DNA of 64,000 nucleotides, taken from positions 2,046,001 to 2,110,000 of the forward strand of contig JAUFOQ010000001.1 in the NCBI GenBank assembly GCA_040285855.1. The letters run 5' to 3'. Position 1 is the first letter of the stretch. Each line of letters opens with the position of its first letter. Source of the stretch: Eukaryota sp. GEM-RC1. Its lineage: Eukaryota. The translations under genes were made by a program, and so were the position numbers. This document shows positions 1-13,399 of this stretch, in pieces. The notes beneath the pieces were generated by a model. It had not been told where the DNA came from and searched no databases. It saw only the letters and a program-made list of their open reading frames with translations.

Positions 1-149
1 TATAATCCAAACAAACTTTACACATTATTTTATTATTTTGGGATAATTGAATTTCTACTAGTCAACTGAAAAACACCGTTGCAATTCTACCATTGTTATT
101 GCATTTCTACCATACATGCTTATTCACTGGGAAGAACACCTTTCATTCC

Positions 150-620
150 CTTTAGAGCTTAATATGTCTTACAATTGTAAAGATGACCTTCAACTATCTA
201 TATATCATGACGCAATAAAAGCTTGGAGTGATGTACATACAACTCACAGCGATTCACGTCGTGAAGACGGAGCGTTTACCATTACAGCCTTTGAAGAACA
301 CACTTGTCGTAGACTTGCTGATACTGTAACACTCACAGTCAAAACAGTAGGAAGATCCCAACTGGACATGACAAACTCGACGCCACTTCACACTCCCGAA
401 AAGCCAAAGAAGTTTATGACATTGATCTTACACCGATCAAAGCCTTACGAGGTGTACAGGAACATGAAAAGTTGATATTTGGTGATGCGACTGAATCGTA
501 TGCATCTTTAGAAAAGTACATCCCATCTCTTCGACAGTCAGACGTTCCTAATTCTATTAATGGGTTAATGAAAGCAACAATATACAAGGTTACAACTGTT
601 ATATCCATCTTCACACAACA
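150..620 (+). pseudogene. Decayed MuDR/MULE transposase N-terminal fragment
   Basis: 'GAFTITAFEEHTC' in ORF 116..475, followed in a shifted frame by 'IFGDATESYASLEKYIPSLRQSDVPNS', resembling the MuDR G-x4-SY-x2-L-x2-Y motif; frameshifted. Confidence 0.5.
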
Positions 621-1399
621 CCAACATTAAGAAAGTCAAGTACTGGTGGAAGAATAAAGATTCTTTAGTTAATGTGCAGTTCAGTGATTGTCTTTTGAAG
701 GAAGCTGCCGTTTCTAATGTGAGATACACACTTGTACTCCCAATGATTAAGGGTATGAAAGAGATTGTGTTCATCCATCCTATGAGGCCATCGAACGACA
801 AAAAACATCTTTGTGACACTCACTTAGGTGAAGCATCGGAAGAAATCAGCTATCAAAGCAGACTGTCTATCAGAACTCGACAAACTCTAACAACAGATGC
901 ATCAACTACTGCTAATAGGACAATGGTTTGATTTGCGTCTGTTACACCAAATGGGTCAGTATTTGAAGGTATCCAGACCAATCCAGGTAAACTTACTACA
1001 ACTGTCAACATCGAAAGAATGATGGAGGAACAACTGGCAAATATCAGTGCTTTGCAGATTGTTACTATCAGACATAAATAACATCATCTAATGTTGTTTG
1101 TTGACTCAAAACTGAATCAATTTGCATGGCGTTCTGCAACATCTGACAATAAAATATGGCTTTGACACGAAGTCTTGGAAAATGGATATGGTATGCGCTG
1201 CTTGTGCTGCGGATTCCTCTAGTTCAGAGTGTACTCGCTGAGGGAAAAGCCACGTTCTGAAGCCTCCAAACTTCAAGAAACTGTCAAGCATAATTCCATT
1301 CTTGTTTATAAATTAACAGTTGATAATAAAATTTACTTTCATTATTCTGAATATTAAAAGAGAGAAACATTTTTAAATTGACAAGTGGTCACAAAGAGA

Positions 1400-2520
1400 A
1401 AAACTTGAAGATGACCACCATGTTCACAATAGAATATCAAGATATATTGATTAGCATAAGATTATACAAGAAGAATCGAACACGTCATCATTGATCACGT
1501 GATATTATGGACAATGGAAGTAGAAAATGATGAGTACACATAATACACATGTAATAGAGTAAATAATCCAAGGCTAAGGAGGATACCTGGATTAAGAAGA
1601 ATACCTATCATTTACAGAAACATATGTTAGATAAGCGACGAGTAAAGATAGAGGAGTAGAGACATCAAGAAACAAGGATGAAGTGATCACGAGAGACGAG
1701 TGATTTATGGTCCACGCACGGATACAAATACAGATGAAGGAATGAAGATCAAATGAGAGTAGAAGGCGAGGTCACACGGCGTAAAGACGGGGTCAAGTGT
1801 TGAAGTTCATACATGATGGAGGAACAAGATGTTCGTCCAACATCAACGTTTGCTCTCTAGTCCTTCTTTCTGTCTACCTCCTGAGTCTTCTCAGTTCTGT
1901 AATCTTCGTTTATCTTCCGTTATCATCGCTGTGTTGCTCGTTTTCTCATTTTCCGATGTTTCTTCTCTGGTTTGATTCGTTCTTTCCCTTTACGTTCCGA
2001 TGTACGTCCAATTGTACAACTCTGTCTTGCAGTTGTACATGATCCTCTAGTTTCGGTCTTCCTCTTCCGATTTACACTCTTTTTCTACCCGTACTTACTT
2101 ATCTCCATGCAGGCTTACTCTTCGTCGTGTAACAACTCCTGATATTCCGAATAGTCGTTCTCTAACTCATCAACAAAAACTTTAAACTTGTCTTGGTCTT
2201 GATCTGTCTCGATGTAACTCATCACTGTCCATTGATGTCCTTGTTACCGATCTTTCATCATTAGGATCTGTCATTTCACTGATCACTTGTCCAAGCCATA
2301 CTCACTGGAAATACTTTTGAGACGATCAAAGGTCTCTCCTTATAGAAGTTGTTGTCTCATTCCTAAGAATTCCTGGAATTCATCAGTTTTATACTTGTGA
2401 TGGGATGTTTTCCGTCTTTTTCTTAACATTTTCCGTTGATGATGTTTTTGTTGACGTTTACCGGAATATTTACTAAGTTTTATTGCTTCTCCAGTAACTA
2501 GTCAACAATCTGTTTTCATG
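1400..2520. repeat. Dispersed ~1.1 kb repeat R1, copy 1
   Basis: Near-identical to 49498-50370 (same orientation) and 36250-37370 (inverted), e.g. gagacatcaagaaacaaggatgaagtgatcacgagagacgag. Confidence 0.9.
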
Positions 2521-4039
2521 TTGTGTGCTTCATTACGTTTATTTTCACTGGATAAGATTCCATTAGGATAATATGTCTATCAAAAACTCCATTGATGGAT
2601 GTAGTACTATCTTGTCTTTGTTATTATTGATGTTATTCTTTATTTATCGATACATTTAGACCTTTTATTTTCTCTAAATTGATCATTTCAAGGACTTACA
2701 TATACTATTTGTATGCTGAAAGAAACTTTCAACATAAATGTCTGTTTAACACAACAATTAAACATTTTCATTTGGTTCAATATATTTACGCCTGGCTATT
2801 TTGTCTCTAATTTAACCTTCTTCACAAGACTCATATAAGAAGATAGTGTCAGAGATATTTGGGTATTTGCTCACAGAAATTGTCGTGATCAGTGGTCGAA
2901 GAACTTCAAAAAGTTGATCAAAACATTGATTTTACTTAATTCAGCAGAATTTAGAATAAGTGATGGGGTCTGCATGGCTTGTAAGTTGATTTAGATTGAT
3001 AAGCAAACACATTTCGAGCAGAAGTTCACGTGAGTAAATGTAGGCGGAGTGAAAAGACTTTTGTCACATCAGTATTTGTACGTGGTGACAGTCTTTCATT
3101 GTATGACAAAGTAGGTCGAGTGATTATCATTAAGTAATTTGACATTCGGAATTGCAGTAGAATTCTGCTATCTCTACAATCTCTGACTAGCAGATGACTG
3201 TCTAAGTCAGTTTATAGAACATTCTTTTAAAAGGTTGGAGAACTGCTTTCTAGGTTAGGAGCCGGATTCAACCCATAGTGCTGAGCACGATTGCATGACT
3301 TTTTTACGAGAGCTTCAGGGTCGAGTTCCCTTCCACAACTCAAGTCAACTGCCATACACGGGGATGGTGCATCTGAGGTTAGAGAAGGTGAAGGTGGAGG
3401 TATGTAGTTGAAAGGAGAGATGAAGAGTGCAAAGTCGATGGAGAAGCAGTCGGCAGAGTCTGAAGGAGACTCTTTGTTGTCTTATGGGGAGAATTCTTCG
3501 TCGTCGGTAGCATCTGGGTCATCGAGGGAATCGGTGGGGTTGAGTAAGTGTTCAGCAGTGTGGAATCTTGCTGATTCCTCTAAATTAGTCTTCAGGAATC
3601 GTCTCTTTCTAGTAGAAGTTGTTCCACTTCGAAACCGGAGACTTCTACATGTAGTTTGCAGCATTGGCATTTGAGGCTTTTGGACTCTTTACAGAAGAAG
3701 GTCCTTCTGGAAGTGAGATGGAGTTCGTAAGAAGAATCGCCACAGCTGGCGCAAGGGATGCCAGTGTCGTCATCTAGATGTTGTGTAGATTTCTTCTTGA
3801 GTAAATCTCTGTATTACAGGCTTCGGCAGCTCTGTTGATGAAGTGACTTCAATCTTTGAAGTCATATAGCATGAGGTAAGTGGAGTTTCAGCTGGTGGTG
3901 ACCTCACAAGCTGTTGTAGCCTCTTCTATATCAAGGTCCTTGGCAAATTTATTTAGTTGTTTTTTAAATACGGTTGATTTGTGACACTTAATTGCTATTC
4001 GTCTGACCTTCTTGATTTTGATCCTAATGATGTCAATTC

Positions 4040-6450
4040 CAGCTTATCTAGCCAAGTTCAATACATGTTCGAGACTTATTCGTCCTAAAGGAGCAGTTTC
4101 AATTGGTTCGTTGAGAAACTTCAACATTCTATGGAAGTGAACGCTAGTAAACCACTTTATACTACGGAAAGTGGTTCGTTGTCACCCACGTACAACCTGC
4201 AGCTCTCCACTGACCAGTTGACAGAACTGTTACGGGATAACTTACTCGGACTAACAACACGCTCTCTTCTGAACGGCTCTTTGTAGATTGCTCCAATAAC
4301 TTGGTGAGGTCTCAGACAAAGACTTACATCTGTAGAGTTTAAGGAGTTCTCTTGGGGAATATAGGAAGGACTTCTGGAACCAAACCGTTCCATGTGTGTT
4401 CTATGCATTTCCAGATTTTTAAAAGAAAATCCTAAAATTATCGGTATGGATTTCCGCAATAACGCTGGGGGGAAGTCTTAGTTTTAGGTTGACCAGCGCA
4501 AAATATTTTGTGGGCAGTATAAGTAGTGATAACTGTCCCATTAATGTCATCTTTACTGGAGCAATAAAGACGAAAGTTGCACTGAGAGTCGGTAAATAAC
4601 AGTGTACTTCTGGGTGTTAGTAGCTAGAGTCTAGCTGCTAGACTAATTTTCTTGTACTCTTGCAAGGCATGTTGATGTATTTTTACCCTCTACCGCTATT
4701 TTTGACTGTAGCACTATGCCCTCAACGAATTTAACTGAACGTTGGGATTGGCAAGATGTTACAGAGATTGGCATGTTGCTTCTAGTGACGTTTGAAGTTA
4801 AAGTGTGATGGTGTAAAACGAAATTTTATCATTTTATGGTGGTTTATGGGGAACAACCATTTTTATCAAGTACATTTTATATCTGAAATTGCAATTACAC
4901 TAGTATTGCTAATGGTAATCTATCATTGGGGTCCCAATACAAGCATAGTTGAGGGTAAGCTTGTATTGTGTTCCCTTAATAAACTCAAAGGCTTAAAAGG
5001 CTTTTTTTAAAACAATATACAGAGTATAGATATTTATTTATTTGGTAATATTGGAATTGCTGCTGAAAATTTCTTCGATGCCTTTTCAAAGTTGTGCCGT
5101 GACCAAAGGAAAATTTTTAATCAGTCTCTTTGGCGCAATCGCATTGTTTTTTCCTTAAATAGAAGTTTCCCAAAGTATTTGAATCGTATTCTGGACCAAT
5201 TGTATCGTGGTAATTCAAGAGTAGATGTTGTTCATTTAATATCTTTTAAGTCCTAGTTGTTTGTATTACGTTAATTTATAGCATAAAAAGATTATAATAA
5301 TGAGTATGTGTAGTGTAGAGGTGTGTTAAATGAATAAAGGTCAAACTACGGTGTGACATCCCACTTTAATTGGTACTTTAGTTTTACCTGATTCAGTTGA
5401 AGTCCGTTTGTAAGTAAGATTTTGTGGCTGGAATGAGATCTACAATGGTGATGACGAATTGTGAGACAAGTACTACTGAACGCTTAATTTTGACACATGA
5501 GTCTTCCTTACATTACAAAACTGACAATTGAGTGTTTCAATAAACAATTATCAAAGCAAACGTTTTCTGAGTCAGTGGCAACAAGTAAGACCAAATTCTA
5601 CAATGGAGCTTTATAGAGAGATTAGTTCTAGTTTGGAGATAATGTGTAAATCTAATTCTTACAAAGACCTCAAGTAGTCTTTTCAGGAAATACTGGAGGC
5701 TAAAAGATCATCTGTGCTCACAACAGGAATTGTTCTACAGATAGTTATGACAATGTGATTTTAGATCTCACATGGTGTAGAAGAGTGTATTAAATTGTAG
5801 CGTTTTTATATTAAATAATGAATATTTGTTTGGAATTTAATCAGTGAAACTTATGAACTGAGACTTAAGTTACAGAGCCAACATCTAACTGCGTCGTTAG
5901 ATTTCCACAAGAATTAACCAGATGGTTTTCCATAGTCTTGGAGAGGATTCTGTCTATTCAACCAATCATTTTGGATTACCAATGATGGCAATTATTCGAA
6001 CCGATTGTTTTCTTGAAACATTCACGCCTTGTTTTGTATGAATAAAGAAAGAACATGGTAATAGTTATTATTGGGCTCTAGACCAGTATAATTCGATTCT
6101 TGAGATTTCACCAGAATCAATTGTAAGGGACCGTGATTTACGTCGCCTTTGAATAATCTCACAAGGACGAATGTTGGTTTCAACTGGTACAGACAGTACA
6201 AATCGAGTTTTTAATCGATTAAAACTTCCCACAATAGTTGTGGGTGTATGTGCATCATATATGTCACCAGAACTGAGACTAACTGAGGTCAATAAGGATG
6301 ATGTTGTAGTTACAACGTCGTCTTCTAATTCTTCTGTCCATAGTACCATAGTTAATTCTAATAAGAATATTGTTAACGTTGTGGTCAACTGAAGTGGTTA
6401 ATAAGATCCGTAAGTGGAAGGAACCTCCATACAAACTCTTTAATACTAGT
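4040..6450 (-). mobile_element. Highly decayed putative non-LTR (RLE/CRE-like) retrotransposon
   Basis: Ordered minus-strand fragments 'DSGEISR', 'VRIIAI..IG*IDRILSK', 'LTTQLDVGS', 'NIKNA/FNTL' and later 'PIETAPLGR' echo the RPIAIGE..R..SK, Q.GVG, D..NAFN and ET.G motifs; many stops and frameshifts. Confidence 0.35.
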
Positions 6451-6464
6451 TCTATTATCGCCCC

Positions 6465-8131
6465 TTGTCCCACAACCCCCTTAGTAGCTCCGACAGTGAT
6501 CTCCCTGAAGAGACCTCTTGGACACAGATCCCCGACCCCAGCCATGTGTTCAACGATTGGTTGAAACTACTATCCCAAGAACAAGAACAGGCTACTAAAG
6601 ATAACGACATTACCATGACCACCGACACAGAGATTATCTCCATGATCGCCAATAATAGAAATTACGCGCTCACTTGGAACCATAGGAAGAAGAAGTTTGT
6701 AATTTCTGACTCCTTGAAACGACACTTGCTTCTGACTATCCACGGATCCACTAGAGCAGGGCACCCATCCAAGAAAGATTCTGTCTCTGCCCTAATGAGA
6801 AGCGATTATTGGTGGCCTAACTACCTTTACGATATGAAGTCCCACGTAAAGAATTGTATTCCATGCCAAAAGACCGCTCCTGCCCCGGAACTGAAGCTTC
6901 CTTCCTCTGGAAACCTATGGTCAGACCGCCCTTTCCAATGCTTACATGCCGACGTAATTGGTCCGCTCGCCCCAGATTCAGAAGATTACGAATACATCTT
7001 AGTATTTGTGTGCTCTTTCTCCAGGTTTTCCATTCTTGTTCCCCTGAAAATCCTCAATGCACAAGAAGTTGCTTACTCCATTCTCTGGAACGTAGTTGGA
7101 AACTATGGGATCCCTTCACAAATCCTGAGTGACAATGGCCCTGAATTCGCTAATGCCGTCAACAAAAGTTTATGTTTATTTCTTAACATCGAAAAAAGTT
7201 TTCAACTCCCTACTTCCATCAGTCAAATGGACTAGTAGAAAGAAGACACCGTGAAGTACTTCAAACCCTTCGCCGCCTGCTCATTGACCTCCAAGCCCAC
7301 TCTAACTGGAGCACATACATACCCATCACCCAACTGATCCTGAACACCAGAACCAGTTCAATTACTAATTTCACTCCCTTTGAGCTCATCTTTGGTTCGA
7401 AAACTGACCCTAGACAACTCCCCCTCCAAGTAATCCAGAACTGTACTCTGGATGATCACTTACCGCAGAACTCATATGTTGATGCCTTGAAACAGAAAAC
7501 TTCAACCATCTTAAACAAGTGGAAAGAGGCAGAAAACTCCTCCAATCTCAAGAAAAGATCGCTCTCATCCAGGAACTCCGCCACAAACAAAAAACTCATA
7601 GATGACATCCAGCAAGGAGACTTCGTCTTGAAGCTCAGCGAACATCCCTCGAAGACCCATGGGAAGTGGACTGGTCCATACCTAGTCGAAGATGTCTCCT
7701 ATCATCCCTCTAATTGCCTCATCCGTAATCTTATCACAGGTATCTCAGTAAGATGCTCCCTCTACCACGTCAAGAAGTGCCACACGAACCACTCCGAGAA
7801 CGTGCTACAAGCCTATGCTGCTACTGATTCAGAAGAAGTTGTCATCGACAAGCTTATCGACCACGACTTGACCTCCCCGCAAGATCCTAAGTACCTAGTC
7901 CGCTGGCTGGATGGTACTACCACCTGGGAAGGTCCCTCAGTAGAGAATACCGCCGCCTACTATGCTTACCGCAGGAAGTACATTGATGAACCTCCTCAAG
8001 CTAGAGGTCCCGCAACTGCCCGTGCTAACTCTAAACTAGACGCTGCTTGGAAAGCCCAACACCATAAGTCCGCCCCTGTTGTAGCTCGAAATCAGCATCG
8101 TATGAAAACAAGAAATCGTACATCTCACTAG
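6465..8131 (+). pseudogene. pol: Retrotransposon integrase with C-terminal chromodomain, one frameshift near 7195
   Basis: HHCC (IHGSTRAGHP..CIPC), rve core (HADVIGP, SDNGPEF, NGLVERRH in shifted frame), GPY motif (KWTGPYLV), chromodomain (VIDKLIDH..KYLVRWLDGTTTWE); 1-nt deletion relative to copy 2. Confidence 0.9.
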
Positions 8132-8157
8132 TTTATTTATAATATGAATTACCCAAT

Positions 8158-8172
8158 AAGAAGAAAAGGCAG
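8158..8172 (+). other. Polypurine tract
   Basis: aagaagaaaaggcag immediately before the LTR TG. Confidence 0.8.
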
Positions 8173-8301
8173 TGTTGTAGTTGTAGATTTGTGTAATTTC
8201 ATATTAGGTTTTTATCTTCCCCCTTACATCTTTAGAGGTTCTTCTCCTTATAAAGGTTCTCCTCTTTAAGTATGTACCATTTTAGTGCACAAAGACCAAC
8301 A
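8173..8301 (+). repeat. 3' LTR (129 bp)
   Basis: TGTTG...CAACA termini; matches the reverse complement of 45804-45933. Confidence 0.92.
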
Positions 8302-10544
8302 AAAACAACAGTTCCATATGTCAAATACCACTTTTATTCAGAACTCAGAGGTAGTGTTGCTTTTGGTTGAAGAAAAGACCGCTGAAAGTCTGAAAGCAAA
8401 ATTTAATATTGTGTTTGACAGCTAAGGACCCACAAGACGATGGCGAAGACGGACAGCATGATGATCAATGGCGCTTACTGTAGGATTTTCTGCGTAAATT
8501 CTGGTCCATCTTTTCCATGCAAAGTGATCTCAGGGGCATATCGTCCACAGTATTGCTTCTTGCTTGAGTTGATGTTTCCTCCATTACGACGTATGCTTTT
8601 TGATAGGATTCTTAGCCCCATTTTTCAAAACAGGAAATCACGTAATCTTCCGGAAATTCATTTGGAGTACTCCATGTTAAGAATTTGGATAGTTCAAAGA
8701 CAGACTTCGAGTGAACAAGTGCGTTTTCAGCAGTAGCAGCAATGAGTGTACAGTTCTAAAGTAATGAAGATAATTGAAGGAACAATACGGAAGAATAACT
8801 TATTTATTTTGACTTTCAACGTTATTACTTGTCTCCTTAAAAGCGAACGAATGATATTAATGGGGCAGATGCTTGCCTCAAAAAGTATCCAAGCACTATG
8901 TAGTTGATAAACAAGGTAAGTTGTTCTTATCAGTTGAAACAATGGACATAAGAAGAGTGTATTGTGAAAAACAGAAAATGAAATGAAGTGGTGTTGAAAT
9001 TTTGATCGAATGAAATTGATTGGAACATTTTATATGGTCAATTAATACAACTAATACTTCATTCTTTGTTTGTACATTGTGGTAATTGGCTTTTTAATTT
9101 CTACCGGATATTATGATCTTTCACATCCAGTTTATTGTGTGGTAGACCATGTTTTATTTTGTTGAAGCAAATAAAGCTATTTTGTCTATATATCAATAAA
9201 TACTATTAATTTTGCAACTAAATTCCCTAATTGTAACATACAATGAGACTTCAGAACGTCCAAATTGGGAACATTACTTCTAGAGAAGACTTGCCATCGT
9301 AATTATTTTATTAGACTATGATGCTAGTTAGTATGTTAGGAAATTAGTCCAGACTATTTTAGTGGTCATTCAAATTTTCCCCCGACTTACTAGCCATCAA
9401 AAGTCCTCCACGCAAGCACAAAAGGTCAGACGCCTATGACCACTAAGAGGAATACTCTTTCAGCCAAAAAGGGAGAGATGCTTTGAAACTTAATATTTGT
9501 AGTGTCCTGATAATGCTAAAAAGTGTTAAACAGTACAGATAATATGTATAAAAAAAGCGTGAAAACCAAAGACTTACCATACATCGGAGTCAGTCAAACA
9601 ACACTAGTTCCTGATAACTTAACCTCTTCTGACTCCTATCAAGAAGCTGTAGACAATTCCAAAAGTATGCTGGTGCTATAGGTTCCCCACATCTTTCAAT
9701 GAACCCAATAGTGGTAACAATCCACAGGCCAATTCCTCCAAGAGCACATTCAATACGATGTACGTATTGGCTGAAAAAGCCGACGTGGAACTCACCTCAG
9801 ATCCAGGATCCCATCCCAGCATCAATATGCTGAAGACTTTTCTTGGGAAGGAGGTATCCCCTTCTGTAAAAGAAAGTAAGCCATCAACCCTCCCCCTCTC
9901 TGAGGATGAACAGGATGAGAATGTCCTTCTCAGTCCTGACGACAAGAGTGTCCCTCTTGCTCGTAAACCTTCCAAACTCAACGACAAGAGTGTCCCTCCT
10001 GTTCGTAAAACCAAGAGTGTCCCTCTTGTGGGTAAACCTAAACCTTCGAAGAAGTCAAATTAAAGGAGGAGTAAGCTCAAGGTATCATATCTTCCAAATG
10101 GTATCAAAACATCTGACCCAGATGATACCAGAACCCCTGATCCCAAGAGGAGATATACAAACGCCAAGAACTTTTATCGTACAGGAATAGCTTTAAACCC
10201 TAAAGAACTCCGCGATACTCATGAACTGCACACGAAACTGTTGATCGAAAGGTATGGTGACATCAACGCCGAACTCATCCGACAATACGCACACCTTTCA
10301 ATGAACCTAATCGTGGTAACAATAATACTGCCACACGCCAATTCCTTCAAGAGCACATTCTGAACAACATTTACTGGTGTTGTATTCATCCACCAGAAAT
10401 ACTTGATATCCGAAGCTTCTAAGTATTTTTGAAACCGGCACACCTCTTATGATGGACGTCTTTCCTTTCCCAGTTTTTCCTCGAGTTTGCCAATCACCGT
10501 ATACAATGATGACGTCAAAAACAAGAGTTATTCAATAGGCTTCC

Positions 10545-10930
10545 ATGCTCTATCTTAAACTCCACAAAATTGACGACCAATGGAAGGTTGAATCCAGAAA
10601 TATTGTGCATATACATGGGCTAGCTGCCGATAAAACTTCTATTTCTGTCCATACCATATCACCAAGTCCATTGGAAAGAATCACGTGTGATCTGCTGTCC
10701 ACTACTCCACAAACTAAATTGGAATTACAAGAAAACCGAGGATCTATTGACAGTTTAATTGACCATAACGCAGACAAGTACATCTTTAGAGTTAAGTCTA
10801 ATACTGATAATACACTGGAAGCACTGGTTATTGTAAGCCGAGAGATATTGCCGATTGATAGCCGATTTCGATACGTACTCATGTTACATCTTATTTGTTT
10901 GATACTGAAAACCAATCCCAATTACCGACG
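10545..10930 (+). pseudogene. Decayed MULE/FAR1-like transposase fragment
   Basis: 'WKVESRNIVHIHGL' (W.V..H.H) and 'NTLEALVIVS..RFRYVLML..KTN', resembling the start of the MULE domain. Confidence 0.55.
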
Positions 10931-11689
10931 TCTTCTGCTGAAGTATAGTCAATTACTTAAGATCTATGAGAGACTATCTTCAGACTAAGCTTCCAACCCT
11001 GGATAGAACCTATAACTGAGGATGACCAAAAACATCTGTTATCTTTATATCTTCCTTTTACATGATCCATTGTCTAGCTTTGGAAGATGGAACTGGTCCG
11101 CTATTAAGGGTCTTATCATGGACAACATCCAATACCGTTACCTCATCTAGGTTACAAATTAGTCTCACTGAGACTAAAGAATATGATTAGAGATATTACA
11201 GGTCATTATGAACTATTGTTAGTGTAGTGTAGTCGTAGTTAAGTAGATTTAGTTTATCTTTCTCTTTTCCTTTGTACTCCCTGTTTCTGGGGTTCTTTCC
11301 CTTTACTCATAAAAGTTTCTCCCCATATCATTCTGTATGTTCAGTGCACTGCCACAGAGTGCAACACTATAACTCAAACTAATATCTTATTGTACTCGAT
11401 GTTTATAGGACTATGTTCCCTAAACACTAGTAACACGTCATCATATCACGTGATCAATGATATAGATACAATGAACTTCTTTGTTAGTGCTTGAAAAAGT
11501 CTTTGGAATAACAATGATGATGAAAATTACTTTCACCATTTCAAATGCAAATCCCAATATTTTAGAATATTTCATTAAATAGTATTAAATGAATTAACTA
11601 CGCACTGTGAACTGATTTGTATTTGGTGGAACACAATTCAAAACTAAATAAAATGAAGATATGGAATATCACATATCCAAAAAAACATT

Positions 11690-12290
11690 TGTTACTGGTT
11701 ATGAGAACAACAAGATTGTAGTACATACACTTCGAAAACTTGGATGATGACGTCACCAACGTGACATTACTATAAAAATTATAAACATAAGTGACTCATC
11801 GGTTCACAAGTATAAAACTCATGACTAAGATACAAGTTATGGGGGTCATGTAATTGAAGTGATTGAATTGTGATAGATCTACAAACTACGAAGAACATCT
11901 TTGAAATGATCTCAGTGACGAGGGATCAAGATGAGTTTCAAGTCCTTGTTGAAGAGCAAGAGTAAGAAGAACAAGAAAAGATGGTTACGTAAAACAAGAT
12001 TCATGGATGAAACAAGGCAAGATGGACAACGAAAAATGGAAAAAGACGACTACATGTCAAGGACCAGATGTGATTGCAAGGTATACGAAGACGTGAGACT
12101 CAGCGGTACATTGAGTACTGAAAAGGAAGACCAACACCAAACGTGGAACAATCAGCGGAGAAGGAATGAGGATGAGTAGGCAGTGGTGAAAAGGGAAGAG
12201 AGATGAGGATTCAAGAACTAGTAAGACTCAGGAGGTAGACAGAAGGAATGATTATAGATCAAACGTTGATATTGGGGATGTCTTGTCGAT
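11690..12290. repeat. Diverged partial R1 copy (inverted)
   Basis: Shares aatgatctcagtgacgag and aagactcaggaggtagacagaaggaatga with the other R1 copies. Confidence 0.6.
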
Positions 12291-12624
12291 GATATTTCAA
12301 CACACAGGAACATCTTGAAAAGACTTTTCGTGAGATGTAGATAATGAATGACGGAAAGATACAAAGAGAGGAGAGAACTCAAGAAGAGAGTCGTTAGTTC
12401 CAGGTTTTACATAAGTAGTTCAATAGTGATAATAAAACCCGTTATGTCAAGTTGATGAACAAATCTCTTTCAACGCAATGTTTGAACTATGACCATGTAT
12501 CTTTATCGATCGTTATCGTCATGTCCGTAGACTGTGTATTCTGACAACATCATCTTACACCACTTAGATTCGCTCACAATTGCCCCTCAATGACATTTTC
12601 TTTCTCCCTCTATTCATCTTCCAT

Positions 12625-13010
12625 ACACTAACAGTTCCACTTCCACACCGAGACAAAGCTCAGCTCTATATCGTCGGCGAAGCTGAAACTGTTGGTGACA
12701 TTCTCTTCTCTTCTCTCTATGTTTAACCCCTTGTCGATCACCCAAACCTTCAAATCATCAATGACGATCACCGCGTCCTTCTTGAATTCGACGTCGTTTT
12801 TCCCGCTTCCAGAACTAAGATCGATCTAACGCTAACATCAGATTAAGAAGTTGGTGACGGAACAACCTCAGTCATGATCCTCGCTTCTGAACTCCTTGCC
12901 TACGCTAAACCTCTCTTCAACAGTCATCATCGTTGAAGCATACAACAAACTTCTCTCCGTTGTTTTCGATGAAATCAAGGAACTCAACATTCAGAAGTTT
13001 TTTGAGGTAT
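12625..13010 (+). pseudogene. CCT3: CCT-gamma chaperonin 5' fragment, copy 1 (internally deleted)
   Basis: 'EVGDGTTSVMILASELL' chaperonin signature near 12850; stops and indels. Confidence 0.8.
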
Positions 13011-13399
13011 TAAGAGAAGTTTACCTTAACCTAGACATCTACCTCCAAATGAACGTAATACTTGGAAAACACCATGTTGTTTACTTATGTTAATACTTTT
13101 GAATTTGAATTATCATTTCGTTTTGACATCAAATCATGATAATGAAAGCAAATTTGATTATTGATTTAGTATTTAGTTGAAGAACGACACTTGTAGCGTT
13201 AATTACGATAATTACTTTAAGTATTTGAAAAATAGATATCTAAATCTCATTAGATTTTCAAATCCGAGTTCCATCATGGTTTTACATTTTAAAACTTTTA
13301 TTTATCTATTTTCAACACTGTAAAAAAACTTCAGAAACATCAAATAAGGGAGATATGAATGATTCTATTCTTATTCAATTACCTAACACTCTAAAGATC

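Larger units (their letters stand above)
6461..8301 (+). mobile_element. 5'-truncated Ty3/gypsy chromovirus (end of Pol spacer, integrase-chromodomain, PPT, 3' LTR)
   Basis: Integrase motifs, polypurine tract and TG..CA LTR; homologous to the element at 40591-45933. Confidence 0.92.

Noticed and set aside
9940..10035. Three AAGAGTGTCCCTC repeats with short spacers
   Set aside because: In-frame coding repeat (KSVP) in a low-complexity decayed ORF; too short and irregular for an array
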